The position numbers were made by a program, and so were the translations under genes. The notes beneath the pieces were generated by a model. That model ran no database searches and had not been told where the DNA came from. It saw nothing but the letters and a program-made list of their open reading frames with translations. A stretch of DNA of 64,000 nucleotides from positions 74,340,001 through 74,404,000 of the forward strand of contig CM052817.1 of the NCBI GenBank assembly GCA_028534125.1, read 5' to 3'. The stretch is from Lama glama. Lineage: Eukaryota. Shown here one piece after another: positions 37,123-51,219 of the stretch; position 1 is the first letter of the stretch, and the number at the start of each line of letters is the position of its first letter.

Positions 37123-37856
37123 TGTTGTTGCTGTTGGTCTAAGGGCCTCACATTAGGTCCTAAACAATTTCCTGAAACAATTTATTCCAAGCTGATTCGG
37201 GAGTCCTAAAAATATCTGCAAAAATTATACAAAAATCTCCTGTTTGATTGTCAAAACCTCTTGAATCTCTATAAAGAGAGAATATTTCTAACTCACAATA
37301 CATTGTTGTTGAAAAGCATTTTAGAGTAAATATTTTAGCTAGTACTAAGGAAGGGATTACATCTTTCCAAAAACAGCAGGAAATGAGTCCTTTCATGTTT
37401 CCCACAGTGTCTCCTTTTTAAGAAAATTATATTCACTTACAATTCAGTCTAAGAAAACAAGGTAACTCTTTCCATATATTAAAATTAAGGGTATGTTAAT
37501 TTCTGGCACTGTTCTCTTCCCAAGGATATTTTGCAAACGGCTTTTTTTCTAGAGAATGGTTATTATCACATAAGTGTATGAATTTTCAATTGGGTCAAGA
37601 TGTGCTCATTAGTTCATGCTATTTTAAAAGCGATTGATTCTATAGTTATTATTTAAGTTCAAAAAGACTTTTTAAATAGGAAATATAGAGATTATGAGAA
37701 AATGAAGTTTTCAGAGACTGTTACTATGAAAGCAAAAATATTCTTAAAATCAAATTACAAAGAGTAATATTGAAATTAAAACCGATTTTTTTTTTCAAAT
37801 CAATTGAACCTGAAAGGCAAATGTGTTACACATGCCTTGGGAGAATAGTTCAATTT

Positions 37857-38136
37857 TTTTTTTGACTCATCTTTTTTTTTTCTTAATTGAAGTATATAGT
37901 CAGTTACAATGTGTCAATTTCTGGTGTACAGCATAATATCCTTGTCATGCATATATATAAGTTCATTTTCATATTTTTTTCATTAAAGGTTATTACAAGA
38001 TATTGAATATCGTTCCCTGTGCTATGCAGAAGAAATTTATTTTTTATCTATTTTTATATATAGTGGTTAACATTTGTAAATCTCAAGTTTTCAGATTTAT
38101 CCTTTCCCACCCTCTTTCCCCGGTAACCATAAGACT
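37857..38136 (-). mobile_element. Short L1 3'-end insertion
   Basis: Poly-T followed by attgaagtatatagtcagttacaatgtgtcaatttctggtgtacagc. TSD GTTCAATTT at 37848-37856 and 38137-38145. Confidence 0.88.
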
Positions 38137-39019
38137 GTTCAATTTACAGTATAATGCAACAGTGAGTTATTTCAAAGTGTCAATTGCAATAACATGGTGA
38201 TGGTTTCATAGAAGCTGTAGGGATGTCTTGTCACTAACACAAAGCAGTATTTATATGGGTCCTGTCTACTTTGCTGGTCATTTAGCTGTCAGAGTTCACA
38301 ATTAACACAGTTGTGGTAGTTTAAAATGTAATAAACCCCCAAAGAAATAAGCTTTTCATAAACATTATTTAGCACTAAATTCATAAAGTATAATTGCTCT
38401 TGATAATTTTTTTTGCTCTTGATATTTTTTGATCCAGCTCAGTATTGAAAACATTCATTTGTGAAACCACCAATTTTTGTATAAGTACATGACGATTTGG
38501 TAACACCCATCAACATAAACATTGAAGATATTTAAAAAGGAGAAATTTGCATTAGTAAGAATTTTGGGAAGGATTCGTTGGCATGGGTTATTAACTAAAC
38601 AATTATCTTATGCAGAAAATGTACTTGGCCAGAGTTATATATTCAATTCATTGAACAGCTGAACAATTGAGCCTTTCTAATTAAATTGGACATTTTGCAC
38701 CTAGTACTAAAGGCAAAAGGAAATGGGGCTTTTGAAAAGCGTAAAATACAGAAATTGTACACACAAAAGAGTAGGAAAGAAGAGGTCTGCTGTTTTCAGA
38801 AGATGATACAGTGTTAGTGGTAAATAGGAGAGTTCAGAGCTATTAATCAACTGTGTGGTTTCTGTCTTCTCCGGAGAGTAGAATAGTTTCCATGTTGGAA
38901 AATTTAGAATCAAAAGCATAAAGGTTTGGCAGCAGCTCCTAATAGGAGAGAGCTTTTCAGGGCAGCTCCTGCTTAAATGAGTTCAAGCCTCTGGGGCCAA
39001 ATGGGAGGGAGTTTGAGGT

Positions 39020-39480
39020 AGAATTGGAGGTAAGGGTTAAAGTTATAGGTTTTGGGGTCAGACGGAGCTGGGTTTGAATTTGTTCAAGTGCTTATTAGCT
39101 GTGTGACTTTGGGCAGTACTTAACCCCTCTGATCCTCAGTTTCCTCATTTGTAAAATAGGGATAATAATACATATTAGGTTGCTGTAGCATCGAAAGAGA
39201 GCACACAGTCTGGTAAGGAGAGTACATTCAATAAGTGATGGCTTTTACTATTATTATTCCAGAGCTCTGAGTCATACATTACTAACATATTTGTTTAAAG
39301 TTTTATAGGCCTTCTTTCACGTGCATTATTGCATTTAGTCCTCATCATAACAGTGAGAAGTGGGATTCTTTATGTTCATCATTTTATAGATGGGAGAACA
39401 GAGATACAGAAATGTCCCGCAACTCCCCCAACCTACTTTACCAGGCTGTGAATTGGGTTGTGAGCCACAAGGACTAAGGT
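39020..39480. mobile_element. Two MIR SINEs tail to tail
   Basis: tagctgtgtgactttgggcagtacttaacccctctgatcctcagtttcctcatttgtaaaat (+) followed by cattttatagatgggagaacagag (-). Confidence 0.8.
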
Positions 39481-40769
39481 TGATGCTCTCTCAAGTCTCT
39501 TTAAGAGTTACGTTCAGTACTCCTTGAAAAATCAAGGAGCAGAGAAAAGATGCTGTCTTGAGAAGTGAATCTGTTCTTTCTAATTAAAGGTAGGAAGGAT
39601 TTATAAACCACATAGTGAGGTTTATACTGATCCCAGGGAAAAAAATCTGAGAATAATTTTTTAAGGAGAAAATTTGTGACCATTTCAGAACAAAAATTAG
39701 GCAGAGCCAAAACGAAAAATCCTGCCAAGTTAGCTTTCTTTTCTTTTTTAAAAAGGATCAGAATTAGGAAAATAGCTTAGGAAAATGATGGGCATTTGAA
39801 GAATCTGCTCATGATTTTTTGTTTTTGGTAAAATAATGGAAAATCAACTGTATGACAGCACTCTATATTCATGATGAGAATGATAATCTTACATTTTCAT
39901 ATCAGTTAACTGCATTAAAAAATGTTCATTTACATGATCTTCTCTGGCTTCCACAACTGTATGGAACAGGCAAGGACGTTCCATTTATTAGTTCCCTCTA
40001 ACAACAATAACAACAATAAAAGGACACTGAACCTCAGAGTAATTCAGTGGCTTTCCCAAGTTTTACAGCTGTTAAGTCTTGAATTCTACACTGGAATCCA
40101 GATTTTTGGCTTTGGCGACTTTTCCATGGTACACTCACAGCTCCCTGAACAGCTAGACCCATGTAAAGTTTGGGTTAATTTATCTGCATTAATCTTCAGT
40201 ATTTATTCATTTCTTCGGTTAAGTATATTATTGAATGTAGAATGTATGCCAGGAATTAAGTTTTTGTTTTGTTTCGTTTCTCTTCCCACCTCTCAAAGTT
40301 GTTATCCTAGTAAGTGGATTGTAAGTAAAGAGCCTATTACTTTTCATAAGCGTTATTTAGCCCTAAATTCATAAAGTATAATTGCTGATGGGGTAATGTG
40401 AAGGTATCAGTTCTCTGAACCCTGGGATCAGATGGAGACAGTGCTGTCAGTCATGGAGAACAGCACTGAATGCCAACAATTTTTTTTTTCTTTCAGAAAG
40501 GAGATGGTTGGCATCTGGAGAAGATCTTGGTAGAGTCTTTGGCTTGTCTGCGACTTTGACTTGGCAACAGCAATCAGCTGGAAGACCAATTAGGTAATTC
40601 TTCAAAATTATATTAATTAGTATTAACTGGTTAACGGGTTGAAGATCCCTGATCTGGAAGGCAGTTTCTAGAGCACCACAACTGGGCCCTTCCTTTAGCT
40701 TCAACTCATTGATTATTATTATCCATAACTTGAATAAAGAAATATAAGACATGCACATTATCTGGGAGA

Positions 40770-42415
40770 AATAGTTAATATTAAAGATGGCACGATGAAG
40801 ATTCAACATAAGGACTTGAAGGACCTGAAATGTTGTTGAAACAAATACAATGAAATATACATAGAAAGTTAAGAAAGGGCTCAAAGACTGAAGAAAATAT
40901 GTCAAAAAGATATAGAAGCCTGAATTAAGGAGCTCTTGACTGGCTAAATCTGGGACAATGCAAGTATAAAAATTAATAGTGATAGTAATAACTTATACCT
41001 GCTGAATAAAATAGGAAACCATAGTCCATACTACTGTAAGTAAATAAATAATAACAAAAGTTTGATATGGAATGGGATAGTGATATAGTCCCAAAGAACT
41101 TCCCACAAAACATTGATTCATTACATACACGGAAAAGAGCAATTGTGCAGTGGAAGTGCTTCATAAACACCATATTAATAAAGTGATCAAAGTTAACATC
41201 ATCAGTAACTGGAACAAAAAACATCATGTGCCATCAGATAGGATGCTATTGTTATGGGTGATTAGGTTCTTGTCTTGTCGCAGAAAGAATTCAGAGACAG
41301 GACCTGGAGGTCAAGAAGGTAAAATGAGGATTTATTAAGGGGTAGACAGTATGCTCTCAAGGGAAGAGCAGGCAGGCCCAGGTGAGTAGCTCTCCTCAGT
41401 TTCTTTGGTAAGTTGGTTACACAGAGTGAGAAAATGAATGGGCGGAATATTCATTGGGGAGGGAAAGGTTTGGGGTCATATGTCCTGATTTTCATCCCAG
41501 CTCCACCTTCCCAAGGGGAGGAGGGATTTTTGTCTTTATTTAGTCTTGATGAGAAATGTCATGGTGTTGGTGCATGATGGGTACTTCTAATCTGCAAGGC
41601 TAATTTTATTGTAATGAGGGCATTAATGAGCAAAAGGTTACATTTGGACACCAGAAATTCCTGCCTTTTCCCACCTTTCTTTGTTGGCTTCCAGGATACT
41701 TGTCACCGCAAAATCTGTGATTTCTTACCAGCCAGGAGGTTCCTTCTTCTTTTATGTACTTTTTCTGCCCAAGGACCCCTGTTGTTCATAAGATATATGG
41801 TTTTCTGCCATTTGGCTCATGCCCCTTCCTTTTTCTGCCTATTCCTGCTGTTTGGCCTGCATCCCACTTTCTCTGCTCATTTCCAACTGTCTGACTGCTC
41901 TAACAGTATGAGAAGAACACAGTATTGTTTCTACTGTGTTCTATCCTGAGGTGCAGAACCCAAATCTAATCCTCAGTAAACATCAAGCAAAACCAAATTG
42001 AGGGACATTCTACAGAATAACTAGCCCAAATCTTCAAAAGTATCAGGGTTATGTCAGTCAAAGAAGGACTGAAACTATTCCAGTTTGAAAGAGACTAAGG
42101 AGACATGACAAATAAATGCAGTATGTGATTCTGAATTGGAATGCTTAAAATAAAGGATGTACTTGGAGAACTGGCAAAACTTAAATGTGGTCTGAGGATT
42201 AAATGGGAATAATGATGTTGTTTTTGATAGTTGTTTTATGGCTTATGTAAAAAAAAATCTTTGCAGGATCTATACACTAAAGTATTAGAGATGATGGGCA
42301 TCGGGTTGGCAATGAACTCTCAAATGGTTGAGGAAAAAATGTTATTTGTGTTGTACTTGTGCTGCACTTGAATTTTTTCTGTAAGTATAAGATGGTTTCA
42401 AAATTTTAAAAAAAT
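40770..42415 (+). mobile_element. L1MC-type 3' UTR remnant interrupted by an LTR
   Basis: aagtgatcaaagttaacatcatcagtaa...gataggatgc | gagaagaacacag...ccaaattgagggacattctacagaataact...actctcaaatggtt. Confidence 0.8.
41250..41905 (-). mobile_element. ERV1-class solo LTR (656 bp) inserted in the L1MC
   Basis: TGTTA...TAACA inverted termini, TSD CTAT/GTAT, and minus-strand AATAAA near 41331. Confidence 0.85.
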
Positions 42416-42689
42416 ATGTAAGAAAATCTAAATGGGATAAACTAAAGGCATTAAATGTTAGTTTAAAAATCAATTTTTACATATTAGTTATATAAGACTG
42501 TTAATAAATGTGGGAAGTTGGATCTATCAGACTATGAATGTAATATAAAGCAAACAAGAAAAATGAGAGCTAGAATACTAATCAGATATTACATTATATA
42601 AAGTCAGTGTGCAAATTTTGAGAAGTAATAATCCTACTCTGTGCTAATCAGAACATATTTGGAATGTAGTATTCAATATTTAAGCATGT

Positions 42690-42905
42690 ACTCCCAATAT
42701 AAGTGCATTTATTTATTTATAAATTATATACACTGTACTGTACTCTACTCATTTATAAACATAGAAACTTACACAAAAATAGAAATTAAAACAGATGAGA
42801 TAAAAATAAATATAATTTCTGGTATTTCTTCCTGTATTTCATGTTATTCTAATGAATTACCTTGTGTTGCCCTAGGGTGTCTGGATTGCAATTTGTAGAG
42901 CACTG
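42690..42905. mobile_element. hAT-Charlie MITE remnant (MER113-like)
   Basis: aaaaatagaaattaaaacagatgagataaaaataaata...tttgtagagcactg terminus. Confidence 0.5.
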
Positions 42906-44389
42906 ATATAGAATGGAGATTGTAGGGAGATGAAGATTGAAACACAGATTTCTTTAAGGCTATTAAAATAGTTTGGGTCAAAGATAATGGTGGCTTGGAC
43001 TACCATCTAGTGGCAGTAAAAATGGAAGTAAGTGGATGGATCAAATGTACACTTTGGACTTAGGACTGAGAGGACTAAATTGGTGAAGGGAGGATAATGG
43101 GAGAGGAAAGGGGAAAAAAATCAAGAATAACTTCTAGATCTGTGGCTTTCATAATTTGGTGAATGGTAGATGGATCATCTGGTCTCTTTTTTATTCCAAA
43201 GTATATAATTGGGATTAATGGGTAACATTAGGAGGAAGTAGATTTCAACTCAATGCAAAAAAAAAAAAAAATCTAAAAAAGAAAAGAAACAAAGACTAAC
43301 AAAATAGTCTAGATGGTCATCTACCAAAGATTCTGTAAAAGATATTCCTAAATTGGAAAAGAAGTACTAAATGATCTCTAAGGGTCCTTCTATAAGAATC
43401 CATGGGTCAATGACTATAGCTTAGTGTTTGCATAAAGAACTCCTTGCAGCCTCAGAGCAGCTTTACAAAACCAAGTTTATAATATTATGTATAGGTATTT
43501 GACAAACAAGTTTCCACAATGCATCAATATATATTTAACTTCTTTCTTTGAATAATCTGTTAGATTAAAAATAGGTTTTTCAAATAATACATTCTGAATA
43601 CATACTGTAATCATGTTTCCTGAAAAATAAACTAATTTTGAAATGCAGTAGTTTTTTTGGTCTCCATCTGGCTACCATGTGAAGAAAATTCTATATGAAC
43701 AACAGTAAACCTAGACTTGATGCCAAATCTGCTTAAATCAATAGCCATCAGTCTCACTTTCCTGCCAACTTAAAAGAGAAAAGCTAAGTGGGCCTTTCAG
43801 CTTGGCATTAGAATATGAGAAGAGTTTTGTAATCTTTTTAATTATTAATTTATATTACTGGGTGCTGGTAGTGGCAGGTAGGTTTTGAATTCTTTTTCTA
43901 AGAATGTCTAATACAATATTATTATTTTAATCCAATTACATATTTAATGTACCCTTATTAAATAAGTACAAAATACAAGGATAAAATATGAATTCTAATA
44001 GCTTCATGCAGACTCTAAAATCCAGGATGGCTAGAGAACAAAATCAGCCAATAATGCAGCAGAAATTAATATTCTGAAGGGAAAGAAACAGATATAAGCA
44101 ACAATAGTTTACAAAGCAAATGCCAGGCAGATATTTATAAGTTAGAAATTTACAACTAATTTTCTGTATTCTGAAAGGTGTTCCTTTATTACTTCCTTTC
44201 AAGAGACTCTTTTGTCTCAAAGACTATAATTGCTATTTATAGGCCTCAATTTCATCTTTTAGTTATATCTTCTGGTTGGGGGTGTGGGTGGAGGTGGGGA
44301 AGGGGTGTCATAACAGGTCTACACTTAGTTTTTCATCTCATGAACAAAAATATCCACTCACTCATGAGATGAAAACTAGGCATAGTCTA

Positions 44390-45790
44390 GAATGCATTAA
44401 TTATTTAACACTCTTTCACCTACCATGAGCCAGACACTGCTAGTTTTGGGTGCCATAAAGTTGAATAAGATGGGTCCTGCTCTCAAGGAACTCAGAGGCA
44501 TATAACAATTAGAAGATTACCATGACAGGAGTAAATGCTACAACAAAGACAGCCACAGCATTCTGTGCTCATAGCAGGGTCAGGAAATGCTTTCAGAAAG
44601 GACCATGTTAGATCTGAGTGCATTCATAAGAGTACCTGGGTGAATGAAAAGAACTAATATTTCAAACACTTGGAACAACATGGACAAAAGCAGAATCACA
44701 GGGGGACATGAATCTGAGATGATTTTTGAGGGAGGAAGAGTCATCCAGGTGAAGGGTTAAAAGGAAGACAAAAAGAGCATTTCAGTAAGAGGAAGAGAAT
44801 GTTTAGAAAGGGAGAGAGTTTGACCCTCTGTGAATCAACAGTTTAGAATATAAGAACAGAGATTCAGACATATCTTGACAGGAGATAAGAGTATATAGAC
44901 AAGTAGGTGCCAGATTACAGAGAGCTGTATTACAGCCTACAGCTGTACTAAGGTTTTTGTACTAAATGCAGAGCTCATGGGAATCCACAGAAGTACTTTT
45001 GAAAAGAGAATAACATCACAGTAAGTTTTGCATTAGAAACATCACTCCAGCTTAGTGTGAAGAATGGATTGGAATGGAATAGGGCATAGGCAAGGGGGTT
45101 TGCTCTAATCTAAGAGATAAATATTGATAGTCGAAACTAAGATGGGTGACAGTGAGGATGCGAGAAGACTAGAGGTTATAATCAGGGACATTTGATAGGT
45201 TTTCGGACCATGTGTGAGGAGCATGGGAGAGAGGAATGTTGAAAATGAGTCCAAAATGTCTGGTCTGGGTGGCTGGGTGAAAGGAGGTTTCTTATACTAA
45301 GTTAAGAAATCCAGGAAGAGGGACAGGAATGAATCCTGCTCGCATTTAGCTGGAGGCACCAGTAAGGGTCCAATCTGGAGATGTACAGGATGAAATAACA
45401 GAGATTTGAGACTCATTAGCATACAGATGGTACGTGAATTCATAGGAGCACATGACCATCTAAAAACAGAATGGAGACTGAGGGCCAAGGAAATGCCATC
45501 ATTTAGAAGAAAAGCAAGGCGCACCAGTGAGAGTCTGAAGTAAAACAGCTGCTGTGTGAACTAGAGTAATGGAGGGGAGTTATGCAGTTGACTGCATCCC
45601 ATACTGCAAAGGAGCCAAAGTACGTGAGAATTGAACAGCATCAGCTGGATTTTGTGCAAGCACATGTGACCTGATAAAGTATATTTTCGTACAATGGTGT
45701 GGGAAGAAGCCTAGATTTTTGTTAAGTTGAAACATGATTGGAAAATGAAAATGTATGGATGGTGAACATAGGCTACATCAAGACTATACG
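44390..45790 (-). mobile_element. Long L2 remnant
   Basis: Purine-rich antisense L2 text (ggtcctgctctcaaggaactc, ttttgcattagaaacatcactc, gatttgagactcattagcatacagatggta). Confidence 0.7.
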
Positions 45791-48700
45791 TGGAAAAAAA
45801 GAAAAAAGGAATATGGTAGGGCTCTCGGTGCTGATGTGGAGAAGTGCTTATGATGTGTTGCTGAGTGCAAAAACATGTGGCTATAGCAGAGTATCTTACT
45901 GTATTATTACATTCTATAATAAAAATGTGTAAGTTTCATGATGGTAGGGTATTCCCTGTTCTAGCCACGTCACCTAAAACAATAGATGGCTCATAACAGT
46001 ACATCAATAAATATTTTTTTAAATAAGGGAATGAATGAATGTGAGTTGCATGTATTCACTAATAAAGAAAGAGAAATAAAAAAATGTAAAGTTATACACC
46101 AAACCAGACATGATTATTTCTAGGGGGATAACAATCGTGGGAGAAGAGGAAGTCTTTACTTTGTTATATAATTTATATATAAATGAAATTTAGATGAATG
46201 AGTTTCAAAATAACTAGCTTATTCTACTCAGACTAATTATTAATATGGGGACTAATTTTACCAAGGCAATTAGTTAGAAATTTAAAGTGAAAAAAGAAAC
46301 CAAAATGCCAATTGAATGGAAACACTCATTCAGCTCATCAAGGAATGTTATTCCTAGTAAGGACATCTACTTGGGAGATTAGCTTTAGACCAGAAAAAAG
46401 GGGATGGAATAAGCTAAATGAATTCTGTAATTATCCCCTAAAACCCAGAGAAAATGTCCACATTCACTGAACAAGCAAAAGGGTAACTTGACACATAATC
46501 TAAAAAAATCCCTGCTTCTGAATGGTCTTTACTGGTCATTAGAGCCTGCTGTTTGTCCTTGCAATTGCCTTACTCATCCACAGTGTGTTAACATTTATAA
46601 TACCAAAGCTTTTGCTACACTGATAATAGTTTTCCTGGTCTCCTTAGAAACATGGCTGCAAATCACATGTTAAGTGGTTTCTTCCTGAAAACTTTCTTTA
46701 TAATCTCATCTATAGTGTGTGTGAATTCTTGGTAGTTTCCATCAAAAAATAAGTTTAGACCCTATCAGAGGGACTTCTCCCTGGCACCTTTTTCCCATGT
46801 TCTTTTTTGGAATTATTCCTTTTGAAGATCCATACTTTCTACGCTCCATTATTTAAAAAAATTAAAGTTTAACACACAAATTAAAGACTACTAAACATTT
46901 ATCTAAATGAACATTTCGCTTCTATAATTAATGGATTCCTTGTCTGTAAAATTATTTAAAGATTAAAATTCAGTAGGGAACTCCAGAGGTGCATTTAAAA
47001 TTTAACTTACAGAGAGACTTTTTCCAGCACATATTTATTCCATAAAGCAAAGTGTACTCATACTGTCAAAATAAAATTTCTATTTTTCTTGCTGTTCTTA
47101 CCACAGAGTATTATTAAATCAATTTTTTAAAAAAGTTTGATTTATTTCCTCTATTCTAAACAGAAAATGTGCTTAGATGTGTAGAACAGAGAGTAGCTAT
47201 TAAACCACATTTCATGTTACCAACTTTGCCCTAGAGATGGGATGTGTTAAGGAAAATACCCTTAGTTAATATTCTATTGTTATTAGTTAAAATTCTTCTT
47301 GTAAGATTTAGATTATTTCAGGAAAAAATCCTTTCAACTTTTTGAAAGTATGGTCTATTCACTTTCCTCTATGTGTGTCAGTCCATCATTTAGTTAATTC
47401 CCTTAGATACAGCACTGCAGTATTTCCAAATGTTAGAAAAGTCCAACATTTTGTTTGTAGTTCTTTGAAGAAAGAAAAGTTAGGAAGAGCTTGACATTTC
47501 TATTCTCCAAGCGTCTTCTCTAGAAATTAGCCCGACAAAAAGTGATAACATTCTTGCTTTCTTGAATAGGATTACCTCCTCCTAGCCACAGTTAGGAATT
47601 ATTTCTCAAATAACTGAGTATCCTTGCCCCTGAAATTAGCCACACATAGGTGAAAGTACTTCACATCAAACTCAAGTGGAAGGCATCAGTGCCAAAGCTG
47701 CAAGCCATGTGAAAACAAATTGAAACTCAAGATGGCTTAGTAGAGAAAATGATGGCAGTCTCCAGAAAATTTCACAAATTCAATTTAATAAAAACTATAT
47801 TTATTAAGAACCTACAATATTCCAGTCACTGTATTGTGGGGGAACACAAAGGATAGTGAGAATTTATAATAAATAACTCTACAGAACATGTTGTGATATA
47901 CAAGTATTAAAAGCAGAGAATAATTTTTACGTTTTAGGGAAAGTTTAGGAAAGAATCTACTTCCTTATTCCTCAGGGCAGTTGAGTTTACTAAACTTTCA
48001 GTTAATTAGCATTATTTGTAAAGGAAGTTTATAATTCTATGTTATAAAGTAGTTTCAACTAAAGATAAAAGGAATTATTGAGTAAAAATTGTATTAATTG
48101 GTATGACTAAATTCTCAGGGCTAGAGCCATGCATTTTCATGTAGGCATTGTTTCAAAATAGAACATAGGTACCAACCGACATGTATTAAATCATTTCTTT
48201 CCTAAAAGATAAATTCACAGACTTTGAATCTATCTGTGACTTTGCCCTTCTATTGGTGTCTTTTCTAAATTCCAGCAGTGATGACTATTGATTCTGTCCT
48301 CAATACAGATATTGAACTATTTTAAATAGCTTAGGATTTATTATTAAAATGGCAGTATTAATAAGCAATCAATGCTGGCAGATAAGAATGTGGAATTGAT
48401 GTTTTACATTCTGAGGTGCTGAACTTTTTAAGTAGTTAAATGAAAGAAATTTAGCAAATTTAAATGAAGCCCTTGCCCTAATCATTATTGTAGATCATCT
48501 TTCTTCTACCCACATGTACAACAGCATGGTTGCAGCTGCCTTCATTTTATGTAATAATTCTTTTCATTCAAGTTTCTTCTTTGTGTAGAAAAATACCCAG
48601 AATATTTGCTAAATTATTCTTAAGAAGTTTTAGTATGTTTGAAATATTCTATAGTGATAATAATTTTAAAAGCTGAACATATGAAAAATAAATAAGCCCT

Positions 48701-49620
48701 GAAGATCCCTCCATAGACTCTTTTTCTTTTTTTGGTCAGAATTACGTGAAATAAAATATAGAAAACATATCGTAAATTGTAAAATTTTATACAAATGCTA
48801 GTTATAACTATTTGTTACTGCATCTTCTCTCTTCTGTGCCCTTTTTCTCCACCATCTCTTCAATTCCTCCTACTGCTTTGTTGTGTGCAAGTGATGAAAC
48901 CAAAACCAAACCAAAGCAAAACATGATGCCATCACTTGGGAATAGGGAACTTGTATCCTGCCCACTGTCTCTCTTCCTGATAGCCAGATTGGAATTCCCC
49001 ACTGCCAAACTGAAGTTTATCCCACGCAGTTGCTTCTTTCCCCTTTAACTTGACGAATGTATGAGTTCCTTAAAATGTCTATGGAGCAATGCAAAGAAAT
49101 AATGCACATTGATCTACAGGGAGACTCATGTTCCTTGCCAATTACTCAGCTTTATTTTACAAAATAAATGTTCTAAATGAAGATAGTTTGTAAAATGAAG
49201 GATAGATGCTGAAACTATAGGGAACATTTATGGCATGCTGAATCGTAATGACTTTATAAACAAAAACCAACTAACTCTTTGTTGCCTGAGTCATACCTTC
49301 CAGTATTAATACATGCATCTTTATATATTTCAGAAGTGAGGATAAACTTGTTCCCCCAAATTTTCTTTGATGTGCTTTAATATTATTAAGTAATGCTTAT
49401 ATTGTCTACCAGAGGAAAGATTTGATAAATAAATCTCAGCTGGTATATTCCATCCAGTTTGTTTCTTATTCTTTACTCATACCATAACAGATAGGTTTCC
49501 AAAATATCACACAGATACTACATCTATGACCCTGGGAAAGCACACTCATTAGTGATCATAGGTTCCCCAGCTGACTGTATTGTGGAAAGCTCCCAGAAAG
49601 TACCATTAAGATTCACTGCA

Positions 49621-49858
49621 TATTTCCCTGTGCTATACAGTGTAATCTTGTTTATCTATTCTACAATTTTGAAATCCCAGTCTATCCCTTCCCACCCTCT
49701 ACCCCCCGGTATACACAAAATGTTATGATAACTCAGAGAGAAAAAAATGTGACAATGAGTGTGTATATGTCCATGAATGACTGAAAAATTGTGCTGAACA
49801 CTGGAATTTGACACAACATTATAAAATGATTATAAATCAATAAAAATGTTAAAAAAAA
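49621..49858 (+). mobile_element. Young L1 3' fragment with 5' inversion (twin priming)
   Basis: Perfect 13-bp TSD AAGATTCACTGCA at 49608-49620 and 49859-49871. The segment 49621 to about 49709 is antisense, and about 49710-49858 is sense and ends in AATAAA plus poly(A). Confidence 0.92.
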
Positions 49859-50499
49859 AAGATTCACTGCAATAAAAACTGTTCTTGAAGCTGCTGCTTC
49901 TCTTACTGCCCATGGCCCACTTTCCTGTACCAAGAGGAGGAATCGTGTGTCCTATTAAGCCATACCTGCCAACTCCTAAAAATCTGTATTGTAAAGTCCA
50001 AGACTGCCACTCCCTGAATTTTTGCAATCCTGAAAAGCTGTTAAATGTTGCTTTAGCTGCATTTCTACTATGATCCAGAACACAGATTCTCAAAATTAGC
50101 TTAATGGTATTTTTATAGTAATATATGGAAAAGTGATGTAAACATGTATTGATTAGCTAAAAATTATATTCAGAAGCTGTGTTAATGTAGATCTTAGATG
50201 TCATATGCAGAATAAAATATTAGAAACAAGTTAACAAAACTAGATCATTCATGAAAATATAATTGGAGGCATACTAAGGGAATAATAAATGATTTTAGCC
50301 TACTAAAGGAGGACTATATGATCTCCCTTTGTAATTTACCAGTAAATTATTAGAGTGTTCAATATGTCATGTGCTTATCAATAACTTTGCAATTCTATTA
50401 CTTGTCCTTGTCATTAGGTTTATTTTATTTTGAATTTACTATCCTGTAAAACAATAGAGGACTAAAATGGTAAATTCATTCTGAGAATCTCTATGCATA

Positions 50500-50670
50500 A
50501 GTTTCCTCATTTTCCTCATTTCCATTTTTATGTCTCCGTTACTCAGTTGTCTCAGTAACCTCAAAATGAGGTTAATACTAGCATCTGTCTCCTTGAGTTA
50601 TTATGAGGATTAAATGAGCTAATATATGTGAAGTGCTTAGAATGGTGTCCAGCATTTAGAAACACCATAG
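50500..50670 (+). mobile_element. MIR SINE
   Basis: gttattatgaggattaaatgagctaatatatgtgaagtgcttagaatggtg. Confidence 0.7.
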
Positions 50671-50699
50671 AAAAAAATAGAGTTCATTGGGGTTAACAC

Positions 50700-51219
50700 A
50701 TTTTCCAACCTTCAGTTGTTGTCTAGTCTCACCTAATAATGAGTAAGAATCTCTAAATAACTACCATTTGTCAAATTTTGGTGTAGTAATCAAAAAGAAT
50801 ATTCACATATATCTGAAAACATGACTCAAGTACGTCTTGCTTTTCCATTTATATACCTCTATGAAGCTGAATTTTCTTCACATACTTCAAATACAACAAC
50901 AATGAAAACTCAGTTATCTTCTATTAAGCTAGCCATTAAAGACATTAGAAAAATGAAAAATAATGCTACCCTGCTCAGTACTATTTTAAAGAATATAGTT
51001 ATAGTCATAAAAATACCTTATTTATGTTAAACATGTAATTGGTTTGTTATTATTTTTAAATGAATAAATAAATAAATATTTAAAGAAATACTCAGTTTTA
51101 ATTTCTTTTATGGTCAAAAACAATAATTTTAACTCATATAAGCAAAAGCTCCTTAGGGTCCTTTATGATTTTCGAGAGTGCAAAAAGGCCCTGAGGCCAA
51201 AAAGTTTTGAGAAACACTG
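50700..51219 (+). mobile_element. hAT Charlie1-like DNA transposon 3' part
   Basis: cagttatcttctattaagctagccattaaagacatt...aaaaaggccctgaggccaaaaagttttgagaaacactg terminus. Confidence 0.75.

Noticed and set aside
39922..40905. 150-aa and 152-aa ORFs
   Set aside because: They run through MIR, L2 and L1MC relics with low-information composition, so they are chance ORFs.
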